Positions 54,752 through 64,000 of a stretch of 64,000 nt of DNA are shown piece by piece. The translations under genes were made by a program, and so were the position numbers. How positions within the stretch are numbered: the first letter of the stretch is position 1; every line of letters begins with the position of its first letter. Source of the stretch: Gemmatimonadota bacterium (GTDB taxonomy: Bacteria > Gemmatimonadota > Gemmatimonadetes > Gemmatimonadales > GWC2-71-9); NCBI GenBank assembly GCA_031382385.1, contig JANMYS010000085.1:2977-66976 (forward strand). The letters run 5' to 3'. Under the pieces are notes generated by a model, which had not been told where the DNA came from, did no database searches, and worked only from the letters and a program-made list of their open reading frames with translations.

Positions 54752-56565
54752 TGGCCGAGTACCAGACGCACGAACACGACGTCCTGATCATCGGTGCCGG
54801 TGGCGCTGGACTGCGCGCGGCGATCGCGGCTGCGGCCGCCGGTGTACGGGTGGGATTGGTCTGCAAGTCGCTGCTCGGAAAGGCCCACACCGTGATGGCG
54901 GAGGGCGGCGCCGCGGCGGCGATGGGCAACGTCGACGATCGCGACAACTGGATGGTGCATTTCGCCGACACGATGCGTGGCGGGCAGTACGTCAACAACG
55001 CGCGAATGGCGGAACTCCACGCCCGGGAGGCGCCGGCACGCATCATCGAACTCGAATCCTGGGGGGCGGTATTCGATCGTACAGCCGATGGCCGCATCCT
55101 GCAGCGCAACTTCGGGGGGCACCGCTATCCGCGGCTCGCGCACGTCGGCGACCGCACCGGGCTGGAGATGATCCGGACGCTGCAGGACCATGCGATCCAC
55201 CAGGGCATCGACGTTCACATGGAAGTGACCATCGTGGCGTTGCTCAAGGAGGGCGCTCGGGTCGTGGGCGCCTTCGGATATGATCGGGAGCGCGGGCGCT
55301 TCCGGCTGTTTCGGTGCAAAGCCGTGGTGCTGGCCACCGGTGGCGTGGGACGCGCCTTCAGCATCACCAGCAACAGCTGGGAGTACACCGCCGACGGTCA
55401 GTCGCTCGCGTACAATGCGGGCGCCGAGCTGCAGGACATGGAGTTCGTGCAGTTCCATCCGACCGGCATGGTCTGGCCGCCGAGCGTGAAGGGCATCCTG
55501 GTGACAGAGGGGGTGCGCGGTGAAGGCGGCGTGCTTCGCAACAAGGACGGTCGCCGCTTCATGTTTGACGATATTCCCGAGAACTACCGCGGCCAGACCG
55601 CCGACACCGAAGAGGAAGGGTGGCGCTACACCCAGGGCGACAAGGAGGCACGCCGCCCACCGGAGCTGCTGACGCGCGACCACGTGGCGCGCTGCATCAT
55701 GCGCGAGGTCCGGGCGGGGCGCGGGTCGCCACACGGCGGTGTCTTCCTTGACATCTCCTGGATCAAGCAGCGGTTGCCGAACGCCGCCGAGCATATCAGG
55801 AAGAAACTGCCAAGCATGTACCACCAGTTCAAGCAGCTGGCGGACATTGACATCACCCAGGAGCCGATGGAAGTCGGGCCAACCACCCATTACATCATGG
55901 GTGGCATCCGGGTGGATGGGGATTCGCAGATGACCAGCGTCCCGGGACTCTTCGCCGCCGGTGAGTGCGCCGCTGGTCTGCACGGCGCCAACCGGCTCGG
56001 CGGCAACTCACTTTCCGATCTGCTCGTCTTCGGCCGACGGGCGGGCGAATATGCCGCGACGTTCGCCCAGGCGCAGGGCGCCGGGACCATCGACGCCGCG
56101 GCGGTCGACCAGATTGCACACCAGACGCTGGCCCCATTCGAGCGGGGCGTGGACGCCGAAGGCGCCTATCATGTGCAGCACGATCTCCAGTCGATGATGC
56201 AGGAGCTGGTGGGTATCGTGCGCCGCGAGGACGAAATGCGGCAGGCGGTGGAACGACTGGCGAGTCTGCGAGACCGCGCCGCGAAGGTGGGCGCGGTCGG
56301 CAACCGGGAATTCAACCCCGGCTGGCACACGGCGCTGGAGCTGGGCAACCTGCTGACCATTTCCGAGGCCATCGCGCGTTCGGCGATCGAGCGGAAGGAG
56401 AGTCGCGGGGGACACTTCCGCGAGGACTTCCCGGAGAAGGACCCGCTGGCGGCACGATTCAACATCGTCGTCCGCAAGACTGCCGATGGCGCGATGGCCC
56501 TCACCCGCGAGCCGGTTGCCGCCCTCACCGCCGAACAGGCCCGTATCATCGAGGAGCAGAAGTAA
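54751..56565 (+). CDS. sdhA: Succinate dehydrogenase / fumarate reductase flavoprotein subunit
   Basis: The start is at MAEYQTHEHDVLIIGAGGAGLRAA. Motifs HPTG and RLGGNSL are present. Confidence 0.9.
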   Translation: MAEYQTHEHDVLIIGAGGAGLRAAIAAAAAGVRVGLVCKSLLGKAHTVMAEGGAAAAMGNVDDRDNWMVHFADTMRGGQYVNNARMAELHAREAPARIIELESWGAVFDRTADGRILQRNFGGHRYPRLAHVGDRTGLEMIRTLQDHAIHQGIDVHMEVTIVALLKEGARVVGAFGYDRERGRFRLFRCKAVVLATGGVGRAFSITSNSWEYTADGQSLAYNAGAELQDMEFVQFHPTGMVWPPSVKGILVTEGVRGEGGVLRNKDGRRFMFDDIPENYRGQTADTEEEGWRYTQGDKEARRPPELLTRDHVARCIMREVRAGRGSPHGGVFLDISWIKQRLPNAAEHIRKKLPSMYHQFKQLADIDITQEPMEVGPTTHYIMGGIRVDGDSQMTSVPGLFAAGECAAGLHGANRLGGNSLSDLLVFGRRAGEYAATFAQAQGAGTIDAAAVDQIAHQTLAPFERGVDAEGAYHVQHDLQSMMQELVGIVRREDEMRQAVERLASLRDRAAKVGAVGNREFNPGWHTALELGNLLTISEAIARSAIERKESRGGHFREDFPEKDPLAARFNIVVRKTADGAMALTREPVAALTAEQARIIEEQK

Positions 56566-57317
56566 TGGCCCAAGCCACCTTCCGCATCTGGCGCGGCGCC
56601 GACGGCGCCGGCAAGTTCACCGACTATCCCACCGAGATCTCCGAAGGGATGGTGGTGCTCGACGCCGTCCACGCCATCCAGGCGGACCAGGCCAATGACC
56701 TCGCGGTGCGGTGGAACTGCAAGGCTGGGAAATGCGGTTCCTGCTCCGCCGAGATTAACGGCAAGCCGCGGCTGATGTGCATGACCCGCCTCAACGAGCT
56801 GGATCTCACCAAGGCAGTCACGGTCGAACCGATGCGCGCCTTCCCGCACCTGCGTGACCTGGTCACCGACGTCAGCTGGAACTTCCGGGCCAAGAAGACC
56901 ATCAAGAAGTTCACCCCGCGGCCGCCCGATGCGGCGGACGGCACCTGGCGGATGCAGCAGTCCGATGTCGACCGGGTGCAGGAGTTCCGCAAGTGCATTG
57001 AGTGCTTCCTCTGCCAGGACGTCTGTCACGTCCTGCGGGATCACCAGATGCAGGAGTCCTTTGTTGGACCGCGTCACTTTGTCTACGTCGCGGCGCTCGA
57101 GATGCACCCGCTCGACACCGCCGACCGGATGGAGGAGCTGCGCGCGGCCGACGGCGTCGGGTACTGCAACATCACCAAGTGCTGCACCAAGGTCTGTCCC
57201 GAGGGGATCGCCATCACCGACAACGCGATCATCCCCCTCAAGGAGCGCGTGGTCGACCGTTTCTATGATCCACTCAGGGCGCTGGTGCGGCTCGTCCGTG
57301 GCTCGCCGTTGTCCTGA
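56565..57317 (+). CDS. sdhB: Succinate dehydrogenase / fumarate reductase iron-sulfur subunit
   Basis: The start is at MAQATFRIWRG (overlaps the sdhA TAA). The Cys clusters are CKAGKCGSC, CIECFLCQDVC and CTKVCPEG. Confidence 0.9.
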   Translation: MAQATFRIWRGADGAGKFTDYPTEISEGMVVLDAVHAIQADQANDLAVRWNCKAGKCGSCSAEINGKPRLMCMTRLNELDLTKAVTVEPMRAFPHLRDLVTDVSWNFRAKKTIKKFTPRPPDAADGTWRMQQSDVDRVQEFRKCIECFLCQDVCHVLRDHQMQESFVGPRHFVYVAALEMHPLDTADRMEELRAADGVGYCNITKCCTKVCPEGIAITDNAIIPLKERVVDRFYDPLRALVRLVRGSPLS

Positions 57318-57355
57318 ACATCGCACTACCGTACGATCCGCTACCGGAGCCTCGT

Positions 57356-57859
57356 ATGCTGGCACTCAAGCCGATTGCACCCGCCGCCATTCCGCATGCA
57401 CTCGAAAAGGTCGAACGCTACCGGCTGCTGAACCAGCCGGCGGCGGCGGAGAGCATTTGCCTCGACATCCTGCTGGCCGAGCCCGGCCACCAGACCGCAT
57501 TGCGAATGCTGCTGCTGGCGCGCACCGACCAGTTCAGCACCGAGTCGGCCGCACTTGCCACGCGAGCGAGGGAAGCGCTGGCGCAGCTGACCAGCGAGTA
57601 CGAGCGAATCTACTATGGCGGCCTGATCGCCGAGCGGCGCGCGCGGGCCCAGCTCCGTACGCTTGCCCCGGGCGCCAGTCACAACGCGCACGAGTGGATC
57701 TGCGAGGCGATGGAGGCGTACGAAAAGGCGGAGCGGATGCGCCCCGCCGGGAATGATGACCCCATCCTGCGGTGGAACAGCTGCGCCCGCCTGTTGAACT
57801 CATCGCCTCACATCACGCCGCGCGGCCGGGAGGTCGAGGAACCGGCGATCGGCGAATGA
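57356..57859 (+). CDS. Hypothetical helical (TPR-like) protein
   Basis: 167 aa with gene-like codon bias. It is coupled to the next gene (ATGA). I recognise no motif. Confidence 0.5.
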   Translation: MLALKPIAPAAIPHALEKVERYRLLNQPAAAESICLDILLAEPGHQTALRMLLLARTDQFSTESAALATRAREALAQLTSEYERIYYGGLIAERRARAQLRTLAPGASHNAHEWICEAMEAYEKAERMRPAGNDDPILRWNSCARLLNSSPHITPRGREVEEPAIGE

Positions 57860-58719
57860 CGGCGACGCGGGCGGATCGCGACGCGGCGCCAACCCTGGTC
57901 CAGCGCCGGCATTTTCTGCGAACGGTGGACCGACTCGCCGCGGTGGCGCGCGGGACCATCCGCCGCCACCTCGCCAAGGGTGTGACCAAGCGCATCAAGG
58001 CCGATCGGACCTACGTCACTGATGCCGACCTGGCAACCGAACAGGCGCTCAGGCGGGCCATCAGCCGTGCCTTCCCGTCGCATGGCATCCTCGGAGAGGA
58101 GTTCCCGTCGCACAATCCCGAGGCGCCCTATCAGTGGATCCTCGATCCGATCGATGGCACGCTCAGCTTCACCCATGGCATTCCATTCTATGGATCACTC
58201 ATCGCCCTGTACCACAAGGGCCGGCCGGTGGCGACCGCCATTGATCAGCCCGGCCTGGATCTGCGGTATACCGCCGGCCTCGGCCTCGGTGCCTTCCGGA
58301 ACGGGCGGCGCTTCCGGTTGCGGGATTTGCCGGCGACTGGCGACCTCTCTCGCGAAGTGATCGCAACCGCCGAGCGATACCGTTTTGCCCGCTGCGGCCA
58401 GGCCGGCCGATTCGACCGCCTGCAGCGAACCCACCCGCTGGTGCGCTCCTACGCCGATTGTCTGGGTCATACCCTCGCCGCCGAGGGCCTGGTCGGCGCC
58501 ATGGTGGATTACGGCATCCGGTTCTGGGACGTCGCCGCGACGAGACTCCTCGTGACCAAGGCCGGCGGGCGGTGGGTGGAGACCTACCGCCGTCCCTCTG
58601 ACCCCGCGAGCGGGGTGTACGGCGTCATCTTCGGGAAACCGAGAGTGGTCGCCTGGTTGCTCCCCTTTTTCCGTGTCGGCGGCAAGCCGCAAGCAAAGGC
58701 GTTTGATGGTCACGCCTGA
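57856..58719 (+). CDS. Inositol monophosphatase family protein
   Basis: It has WILDPIDGT and GEE motifs. The ATG at 57856 overlaps the upstream stop. Confidence 0.85.
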   Translation: MTATRADRDAAPTLVQRRHFLRTVDRLAAVARGTIRRHLAKGVTKRIKADRTYVTDADLATEQALRRAISRAFPSHGILGEEFPSHNPEAPYQWILDPIDGTLSFTHGIPFYGSLIALYHKGRPVATAIDQPGLDLRYTAGLGLGAFRNGRRFRLRDLPATGDLSREVIATAERYRFARCGQAGRFDRLQRTHPLVRSYADCLGHTLAAEGLVGAMVDYGIRFWDVAATRLLVTKAGGRWVETYRRPSDPASGVYGVIFGKPRVVAWLLPFFRVGGKPQAKAFDGHA

Positions 58720-59626
58720 GCCGCTCGACCGCCTCATCGAGCGGCTGACCCCGCTGCTCGGAGCTCCGGCCGGACAGCCGGTCCACCTCACCGGTGGGAT
58801 CACCAACCTCAACTATCGGATGCGGATGGGGGATGGCGAATTCGTCATCCGGGTGACCAATCCGGCGGCCGGGCTGCTCGAGATTGACCGGGTCGCAGAG
58901 CTCATCGCCGTGCGAGCCGCCGCGGCGATTGGTGTGGGCGCCGAAGTCGCGGCCTTTCTTCCGGAGCAGGACTGCCTGGTCTGCCGGTTCATTCAGGGGC
59001 GGCCGATCCCGCCCGAGGAGCTGCGGACCCCGGCCCGGCTCAGGGAGGTGGGAACGACGCTGGCCCTGCTGCATGCGAGCGGAACGATGCTGCCGTCGAC
59101 CTTTAACCCATTCCGCGTGGTGGAGAACTATGCCAGGACCGCGGCGGCACAGGGCGCGCAGGAGCGGCGAGAGTTCCACGAGGCCAGCCGGGCGGCAGCC
59201 GAGATAGAACGGAGTCTGCAGGGCGGCGAGCACCTCCCGGTCATGTGCCATAACGACCTGCTCAACGCCAATTTCCTGCACGATGGGAAGCGGATCCGGA
59301 TCGTCGACTGGGAGTACGCCGGCATGGGCGACCGCTACTTCGACCTCGGCAATTTCTCCATCAATCATGAATGCACCGAAACCGACGACGTCCATCTCCT
59401 CGCCGGCTACTTTGGCGAACCGGTCACCGACCGGCGGCTCGGCATCGTGCGGCTGATGCGGATCATGTCGGACTTTCGTGAGGCGATGTGGGGCGTGGTC
59501 CAGTCGGTCAATTCCACCATCGACTTTGACTACGAGGCCTACGCCTCCCGCCACTTCGCCCGGCTGCTGCACAGCGCAGCCGATCCCCGATTCGCATCCT
59601 GGACCAGAGTGGCCCATGACCGATAG
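58706..59626 (+). CDS. Choline/ethanolamine kinase family (APH-fold) phosphotransferase
   Basis: It has HNDLLNANFL and DWEYAGMGDRYFDLGN. Confidence 0.8.
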   Translation: MVTPEPLDRLIERLTPLLGAPAGQPVHLTGGITNLNYRMRMGDGEFVIRVTNPAAGLLEIDRVAELIAVRAAAAIGVGAEVAAFLPEQDCLVCRFIQGRPIPPEELRTPARLREVGTTLALLHASGTMLPSTFNPFRVVENYARTAAAQGAQERREFHEASRAAAEIERSLQGGEHLPVMCHNDLLNANFLHDGKRIRIVDWEYAGMGDRYFDLGNFSINHECTETDDVHLLAGYFGEPVTDRRLGIVRLMRIMSDFREAMWGVVQSVNSTIDFDYEAYASRHFARLLHSAADPRFASWTRVAHDR

Positions 59627-62084
59627 TCTCCCGCGACACGCCAGAGCGGTCATCATTGGCGGTGGCCTCGCCGGCACCAGCATCGCCTATCACCTCACCC
59701 GGCTCGGCTGGCGCGACGTGGTGCTCCTCGACCGGGCCGATCTCACCAGCGGCTCCACCTTCCACTCGGCCGGCTTCGTCGGGCAGCTGCGGGCGTCGCT
59801 GACGCTGACCCGGATGATGACCTACTCGGTCGAGCTGTACCGCAAACTCGATCTGGAGGCGACTGAGCCGCCGGGATGGCGGGAGACCGGCGGCCTCCGC
59901 CTGGCCACGAGCGAGGAGCGGCTCGATGAACTGCGGCGGCAGGCGGGGTGGGCCCAGACCTTCGGCCTGCCGCTGGAACTGATCTCGCCCCACGAAGCGA
60001 AGCACCGGTTCCCGCTGCTCGATCTCGATGGCGTGATCGGAGCCTCGTTCCTCCCCTCGGATGGGTACATCGATCCCTCCCGTCTCTGCCGGGCCCTCGC
60101 CGAAGGAGCGGTCGGCGCGGGCGCGACCGTGGTGACCCATTGCCGGGTCACCGGTATCAGGGTCGACGGCGGCAGAGTGCGCGGCGTGGAGACCGACCGG
60201 GGCGCGATCGATGCGGAGGTGGTGGTCAATGCCGGCGGGATGTACGCCGCCCAGATCGGCCGCATGGCCGGTGTGCGCGTGCCCGTCGTCCCGTTGCTGC
60301 ATCAGTATGTCGTGACCGATCAGTTCATGGGCCCCGATGAACCCGGTGAACGACTCCCCACACTCCGCGATCTCGACGGGCTCATCTATGTCCGTCCCGA
60401 GCGGAATGGGCTCGCGATGGGTGGCTATCACGCAGACTCGACGCCCTGGTCGCTGGACCAGGCCGGACTGGACCGGATCCCCGAGGATTTCAACTTTCAG
60501 CTGATCGAGCCGAACTGGCTGCGGTTTGCCCCGCTGCTGGAAAGCGCCCGGAAGCGGGTCCCGGCATTCCGAACCGTGGGATTCGAAAAGCTGATCAACG
60601 GCCCGGAGGGATTCACCCCCGACGGGGAGTTCTGCCTGGGCGAGACCGCGGTGCGCGGCTTCTTCGTGGCGGCGGGCTTCTGTGCCCACGGGGTGGCGGG
60701 GGCCGGCGGGGTGGGAAAGATCATGGCGGAGTGGATCGCGGGGGGCGAGCCGCCGCAGGACCTGTGGAGCATGGACATCCGGCGGTTCGGCCAGCAGTTC
60801 CGCTCCCCGCGCTACACCCTGGCCAAGGCTAACGAAATCTACGAGACGTACTATTCGATCGCCTATCCGGGCCGGGAGCGGCAGGCGGGTCGGCCACTCC
60901 GGATCTCGCCCGCGTATCCCTGGCATGCGGCCCACGGCGCGGTGTTCGGGGAGAAGTCCGGGTGGGAGCGGGTCAATTACTACGAGGCCAACGCCGCGCA
61001 GGGCGATCCGGCCGTCCGCCCCGCCGGGTGGGCCGGGCGGCTCTGGTCCGCAGCCACCGGTGCCGAGCACCGCGCGACCCGTGAGGCGGCCGGCCTGTTC
61101 GATGAGTCCTCGTTCGCCAAGATCGAAGTATCGGGGCCGGACGCGGAGGCGTTCCTGGAGTTCCTCTGCGCCAACCACGTCGGGGGACCGGTGGGGGGCG
61201 TGGTTTATACCCAGCTGCTCAACCGGCGCGGCGGCATCGAGGCCGACCTGACCGTGAGCCGCGTGGCCACCGACCGGTTCTGGCTCGTTACCGGCACCGC
61301 TTCCGGGACCCATGACACCGCCTGGCTCGAACGCCACCTGCCTGACGGAGCCAGGGTGACGATCCGTGACATCACCTCGCAATACTGCTGCTTCGCCTTG
61401 TGGGGACCGCGTGCCCGGGAGATTCTCTCGCCCCTCACGCCGGCCCGGCTTGATGACGCGGCATTTCCCTACCTCACCCGGCAGTCGATCACCGTCGGCC
61501 ATGTGCCGGTGGAGGCGCTGCGGGTCACCTATGTGGGGGAGCTGGGATGGGAGCTCTACGGGCCGGCGGAGTACGGTCAGGGGCTGTGGCACACGCTCTG
61601 GGAAGCCGGCGCTCCGCTCGGGATGCTCGCGGGTGGATACCGCGCCATCGAAAGCCTGCGGCTGGAAAAGGGGTATCGGGCCTGGGGGGCCGACGTCACC
61701 CCGGACACCACACCGCTCGAGGCGGGGCTCAGCTTCGCGGTCCGGATGGACAAGCCCGGCGGCTTCCTCGGTCGGGACGCCCTCCTCGCTGCGCCCCCGA
61801 GCCGGCGCCTTCGCTGTCTGGTGCTGGATGACGCCCAGGCCGTCGCGCTCGGCAACGAGCCGGTCCGCATCGGGAAGGAGATCGTGGGGCGGGTGACCAG
61901 CGGCGGGTACGGGTACACCATTGGGCGGTCGATCGCCTATGCCTACCTGCCGGCTGAAGGCACTCCCGCCGGTACTCGTGCGGAAGTGGAGATCTTCGGG
62001 CGCTGGGTGGGAGCCGTGGTGAGCCGCGAGCCGCTGTACGATCCGAAGGGGGTGCGGGTGCGGGGAGCGGAAGCGACCTCTTGA
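59616..62084 (+). CDS. Dimethylglycine / sarcosine dehydrogenase family (FAD oxidoreductase fused to a GcvT aminomethyltransferase domain)
   Basis: The start is at MTDSLPRHARAVIIGGGLAGTSIAYHL. The C-terminal GcvT-like half contains ..AIESLRLEKGYRAWG... Confidence 0.85.
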   Translation: MTDSLPRHARAVIIGGGLAGTSIAYHLTRLGWRDVVLLDRADLTSGSTFHSAGFVGQLRASLTLTRMMTYSVELYRKLDLEATEPPGWRETGGLRLATSEERLDELRRQAGWAQTFGLPLELISPHEAKHRFPLLDLDGVIGASFLPSDGYIDPSRLCRALAEGAVGAGATVVTHCRVTGIRVDGGRVRGVETDRGAIDAEVVVNAGGMYAAQIGRMAGVRVPVVPLLHQYVVTDQFMGPDEPGERLPTLRDLDGLIYVRPERNGLAMGGYHADSTPWSLDQAGLDRIPEDFNFQLIEPNWLRFAPLLESARKRVPAFRTVGFEKLINGPEGFTPDGEFCLGETAVRGFFVAAGFCAHGVAGAGGVGKIMAEWIAGGEPPQDLWSMDIRRFGQQFRSPRYTLAKANEIYETYYSIAYPGRERQAGRPLRISPAYPWHAAHGAVFGEKSGWERVNYYEANAAQGDPAVRPAGWAGRLWSAATGAEHRATREAAGLFDESSFAKIEVSGPDAEAFLEFLCANHVGGPVGGVVYTQLLNRRGGIEADLTVSRVATDRFWLVTGTASGTHDTAWLERHLPDGARVTIRDITSQYCCFALWGPRAREILSPLTPARLDDAAFPYLTRQSITVGHVPVEALRVTYVGELGWELYGPAEYGQGLWHTLWEAGAPLGMLAGGYRAIESLRLEKGYRAWGADVTPDTTPLEAGLSFAVRMDKPGGFLGRDALLAAPPSRRLRCLVLDDAQAVALGNEPVRIGKEIVGRVTSGGYGYTIGRSIAYAYLPAEGTPAGTRAEVEIFGRWVGAVVSREPLYDPKGVRVRGAEATS

Positions 62085-62225
62085 ATCATGTTGGCGCACG
62101 CCAAGGGCCCTCGGGCGGTCGCTGGCGCGCACGGTATGCCTGGCAAGAACACCGCGGCCGCTGTCGGGGCCATCCATCGTTGGATTGGAGGGCGAGGGGG
62201 CGCGGCGGGCCCCGGGCACCCAGTC

Positions 62226-63128
62226 TCAGTCCACGGTGCGCCCTTGGGATGCCTGGCATCGCACAACCCGCTTTGGTGTGCCCTTGGCCTGGTACATTGC
62301 CGTATCGGCATTCTTGAACAGCGTCTCGGGTGTTTTGCCATCGGCGGGATAGATGGCAATGCCGATACTGGCTGTGATGGAAAACGCGGTCCCATCAAAT
62401 TCGCAGGCCTCGGAAATCCGGGCTACCATCTTCTCTGCAAGGTGCGTGACGTCAGCCTCCTGCTCGACTTCCAGGCACAGGCATACAAACTCATCGCCTC
62501 CCCAGCGACTGACGATATCTGCATCGCGTAAGAGCGCCTTCAAGCGATCTGCCACCATCAGCAGCACCTGATCCCCCAGGTCATGGCCGTGCGTGTCGTT
62601 AATGCTCTTGAACTTGTCGATGTCAATGAACAGGACGGCGAGCCCCCACCCATGCCGCTTGGCCTGGCTCAACCCGTGGTCGAGTCCCTGTTCAAACAAG
62701 GCGCGGTTGGGAAGACCCGTGAGTGCGTCCTGGAGCGCCAGTTGTTGCGCTTCTTCCGCCTTGTCCTGGGCTTCTGCTAGCTCGTCGCGTACGTCGGCCA
62801 GGTCGGTCCTGGTCTCGGCGAGTTCGGCTTCGATGACTTGGCGCTCAGCGACTTCTTCGGTGAGCTTGATGTGAACCAGCCTCAAGTCATCTGCGGCCTG
62901 CCCCACCTTCTGTTCAACCCCTATATTCTGGGTGACGGCCACTTTCATCGCCTGAACGGTGACCTCTTCCTGCTTGAGGACCTCATTCTCCTCTGTCAGT
63001 TCACGGGCCGCGGTCTTGACGCTTTTCTTGATCTTCTCCGTCTTCTTGAGCACGCGTTCAAGGGAAGCCTTCTTCTTCGCTGCAGCTTTTGGTTTGCCTC
63101 GTGATTTCATTCGAAGCTCTCGTTGCAT
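62226..63128 (-). CDS. Diguanylate cyclase (coiled-coil N-terminus plus GGDEF domain)
   Basis: 300 aa with RWGGDEFV, an RxxD-like I-site region and a charged coiled-coil N-terminal half. Confidence 0.85.
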   Translation of the reverse strand: MQRELRMKSRGKPKAAAKKKASLERVLKKTEKIKKSVKTAARELTEENEVLKQEEVTVQAMKVAVTQNIGVEQKVGQAADDLRLVHIKLTEEVAERQVIEAELAETRTDLADVRDELAEAQDKAEEAQQLALQDALTGLPNRALFEQGLDHGLSQAKRHGWGLAVLFIDIDKFKSINDTHGHDLGDQVLLMVADRLKALLRDADIVSRWGGDEFVCLCLEVEQEADVTHLAEKMVARISEACEFDGTAFSITASIGIAIYPADGKTPETLFKNADTAMYQAKGTPKRVVRCQASQGRTVD

Positions 63129-63530
63129 GGGGCGGCGCGCCGACCCTCAAAGATACACTCCCAGACGGCTGCACATTGCACGGTGATCCCAGCATCTGTC
63201 GCATGTGATGTTAATGGAATGCCGAAGGGGTCGGGGCATGAAGGTGACCCGGCAATGCTCCACTGCTAGCGTCACTCGGGCGGCAGCTCGCCGAGCGCGA
63301 GCCAGCCACAGAGCGCGGCTACGACCACGAGCAACCAGGTCAGCCGTCCGTTTGGCATCTCGCGGAACCAGTCAGCCGAGCGGAGTGCGGCGCTCCATCA
63401 TCAGAGGCGGTCGTAGCTCGCGGGGACATACTGCAGGTACTCGCGCGTCAGGCCCGATGAGACGATCGTGCCGTTGCTGCGATTGGCCGCGCGGAATGAG
63501 ACGGCTTTGGCAAGGGTCGGCGTCGCTGCG

Positions 63531-63953
<423 letters not shown>

Positions 63954-64000
63954 TCACTCCAAAGGTGTTGGGGGCGACGCCTGCCGGTTCCATGCAAGAG

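Noticed and set aside
59508-62219. 903-aa minus-strand ORF, the longest antisense ORF in the window. Similar cases are 38807-40792, 25033-26370, 23384-24724, 13811-15061, 7022-8683, 4853-5968 and 1089-2120.
   Set aside because: All run antisense to genes with clear catalytic motifs. They have Arg/Gly/Pro/His-rich, low-complexity translations and no motifs. Long stop-free antisense frames are expected at this GC content.

Overview
The window is a high-GC bacterial chromosome segment. By eye it looks Gemmatimonadota- or Acidobacteriota-like, but I cannot verify that without a database search. It is densely coding, with about 55 supportable CDS. I found no rRNA, tRNA, CRISPR array, integrase or transposase.

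The window has three zones.

(1) 1-31.7 kb is mostly housekeeping. It holds an amino-sugar / peptidoglycan-recycling group (DUF1343/NamZ-like, GH3 hexosaminidase, serine hydrolase, Na+/solute symporter, BadF-type sugar kinase), ErpA, an APC permease and a TonB-ExbB-ExbD-ExbD-TonB block. It also holds a two-kinase/one-regulator two-component operon, an aldehyde dehydrogenase, peroxiredoxin plus Fe/Mn SOD, an ABC-F ATPase, a PLP decarboxylase and a SARP/BTAD regulator.

(2) About 31.8-51.6 kb is an accessory, biosynthesis-like island and the most interesting part. It encodes a P-loop kinase, an acyl-CoA-dehydrogenase-like flavoenzyme, an alpha/beta hydrolase, an NTP_transf_5-like protein and a free carrier protein. 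A tightly coupled five-gene operon follows: two paralogous unknown proteins plus a split, domain-permuted PEP-synthase / rifampin-phosphotransferase-like phosphotransfer machine. The island continues with a flavin-dependent halogenase, three different sulfotransferases, two GT4 glycosyltransferases and an ABC exporter. It ends at a free-standing promoter / 33-codon Cys-rich sORF / terminator unit.

(3) 51.6-64 kb is core metabolism: beta-carbonic anhydrase, an ankyrin protein, a three-subunit succinate dehydrogenase, an IMPase, a choline-kinase-like protein plus a dimethylglycine/sarcosine dehydrogenase, a GGDEF protein and DUF1801.

A second theme runs across the window: families of 7-8 nt tandem repeat arrays, often paired with an inverted copy to form long hairpins. 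They sit exactly at gene ends, and one copy lies in frame inside the serine-hydrolase CDS. There is also one inverted-repeat element that looks like a MITE (miniature inverted-repeat element).

All functional calls rest on motifs I read in the translations and on remembered family knowledge. No searches were run.
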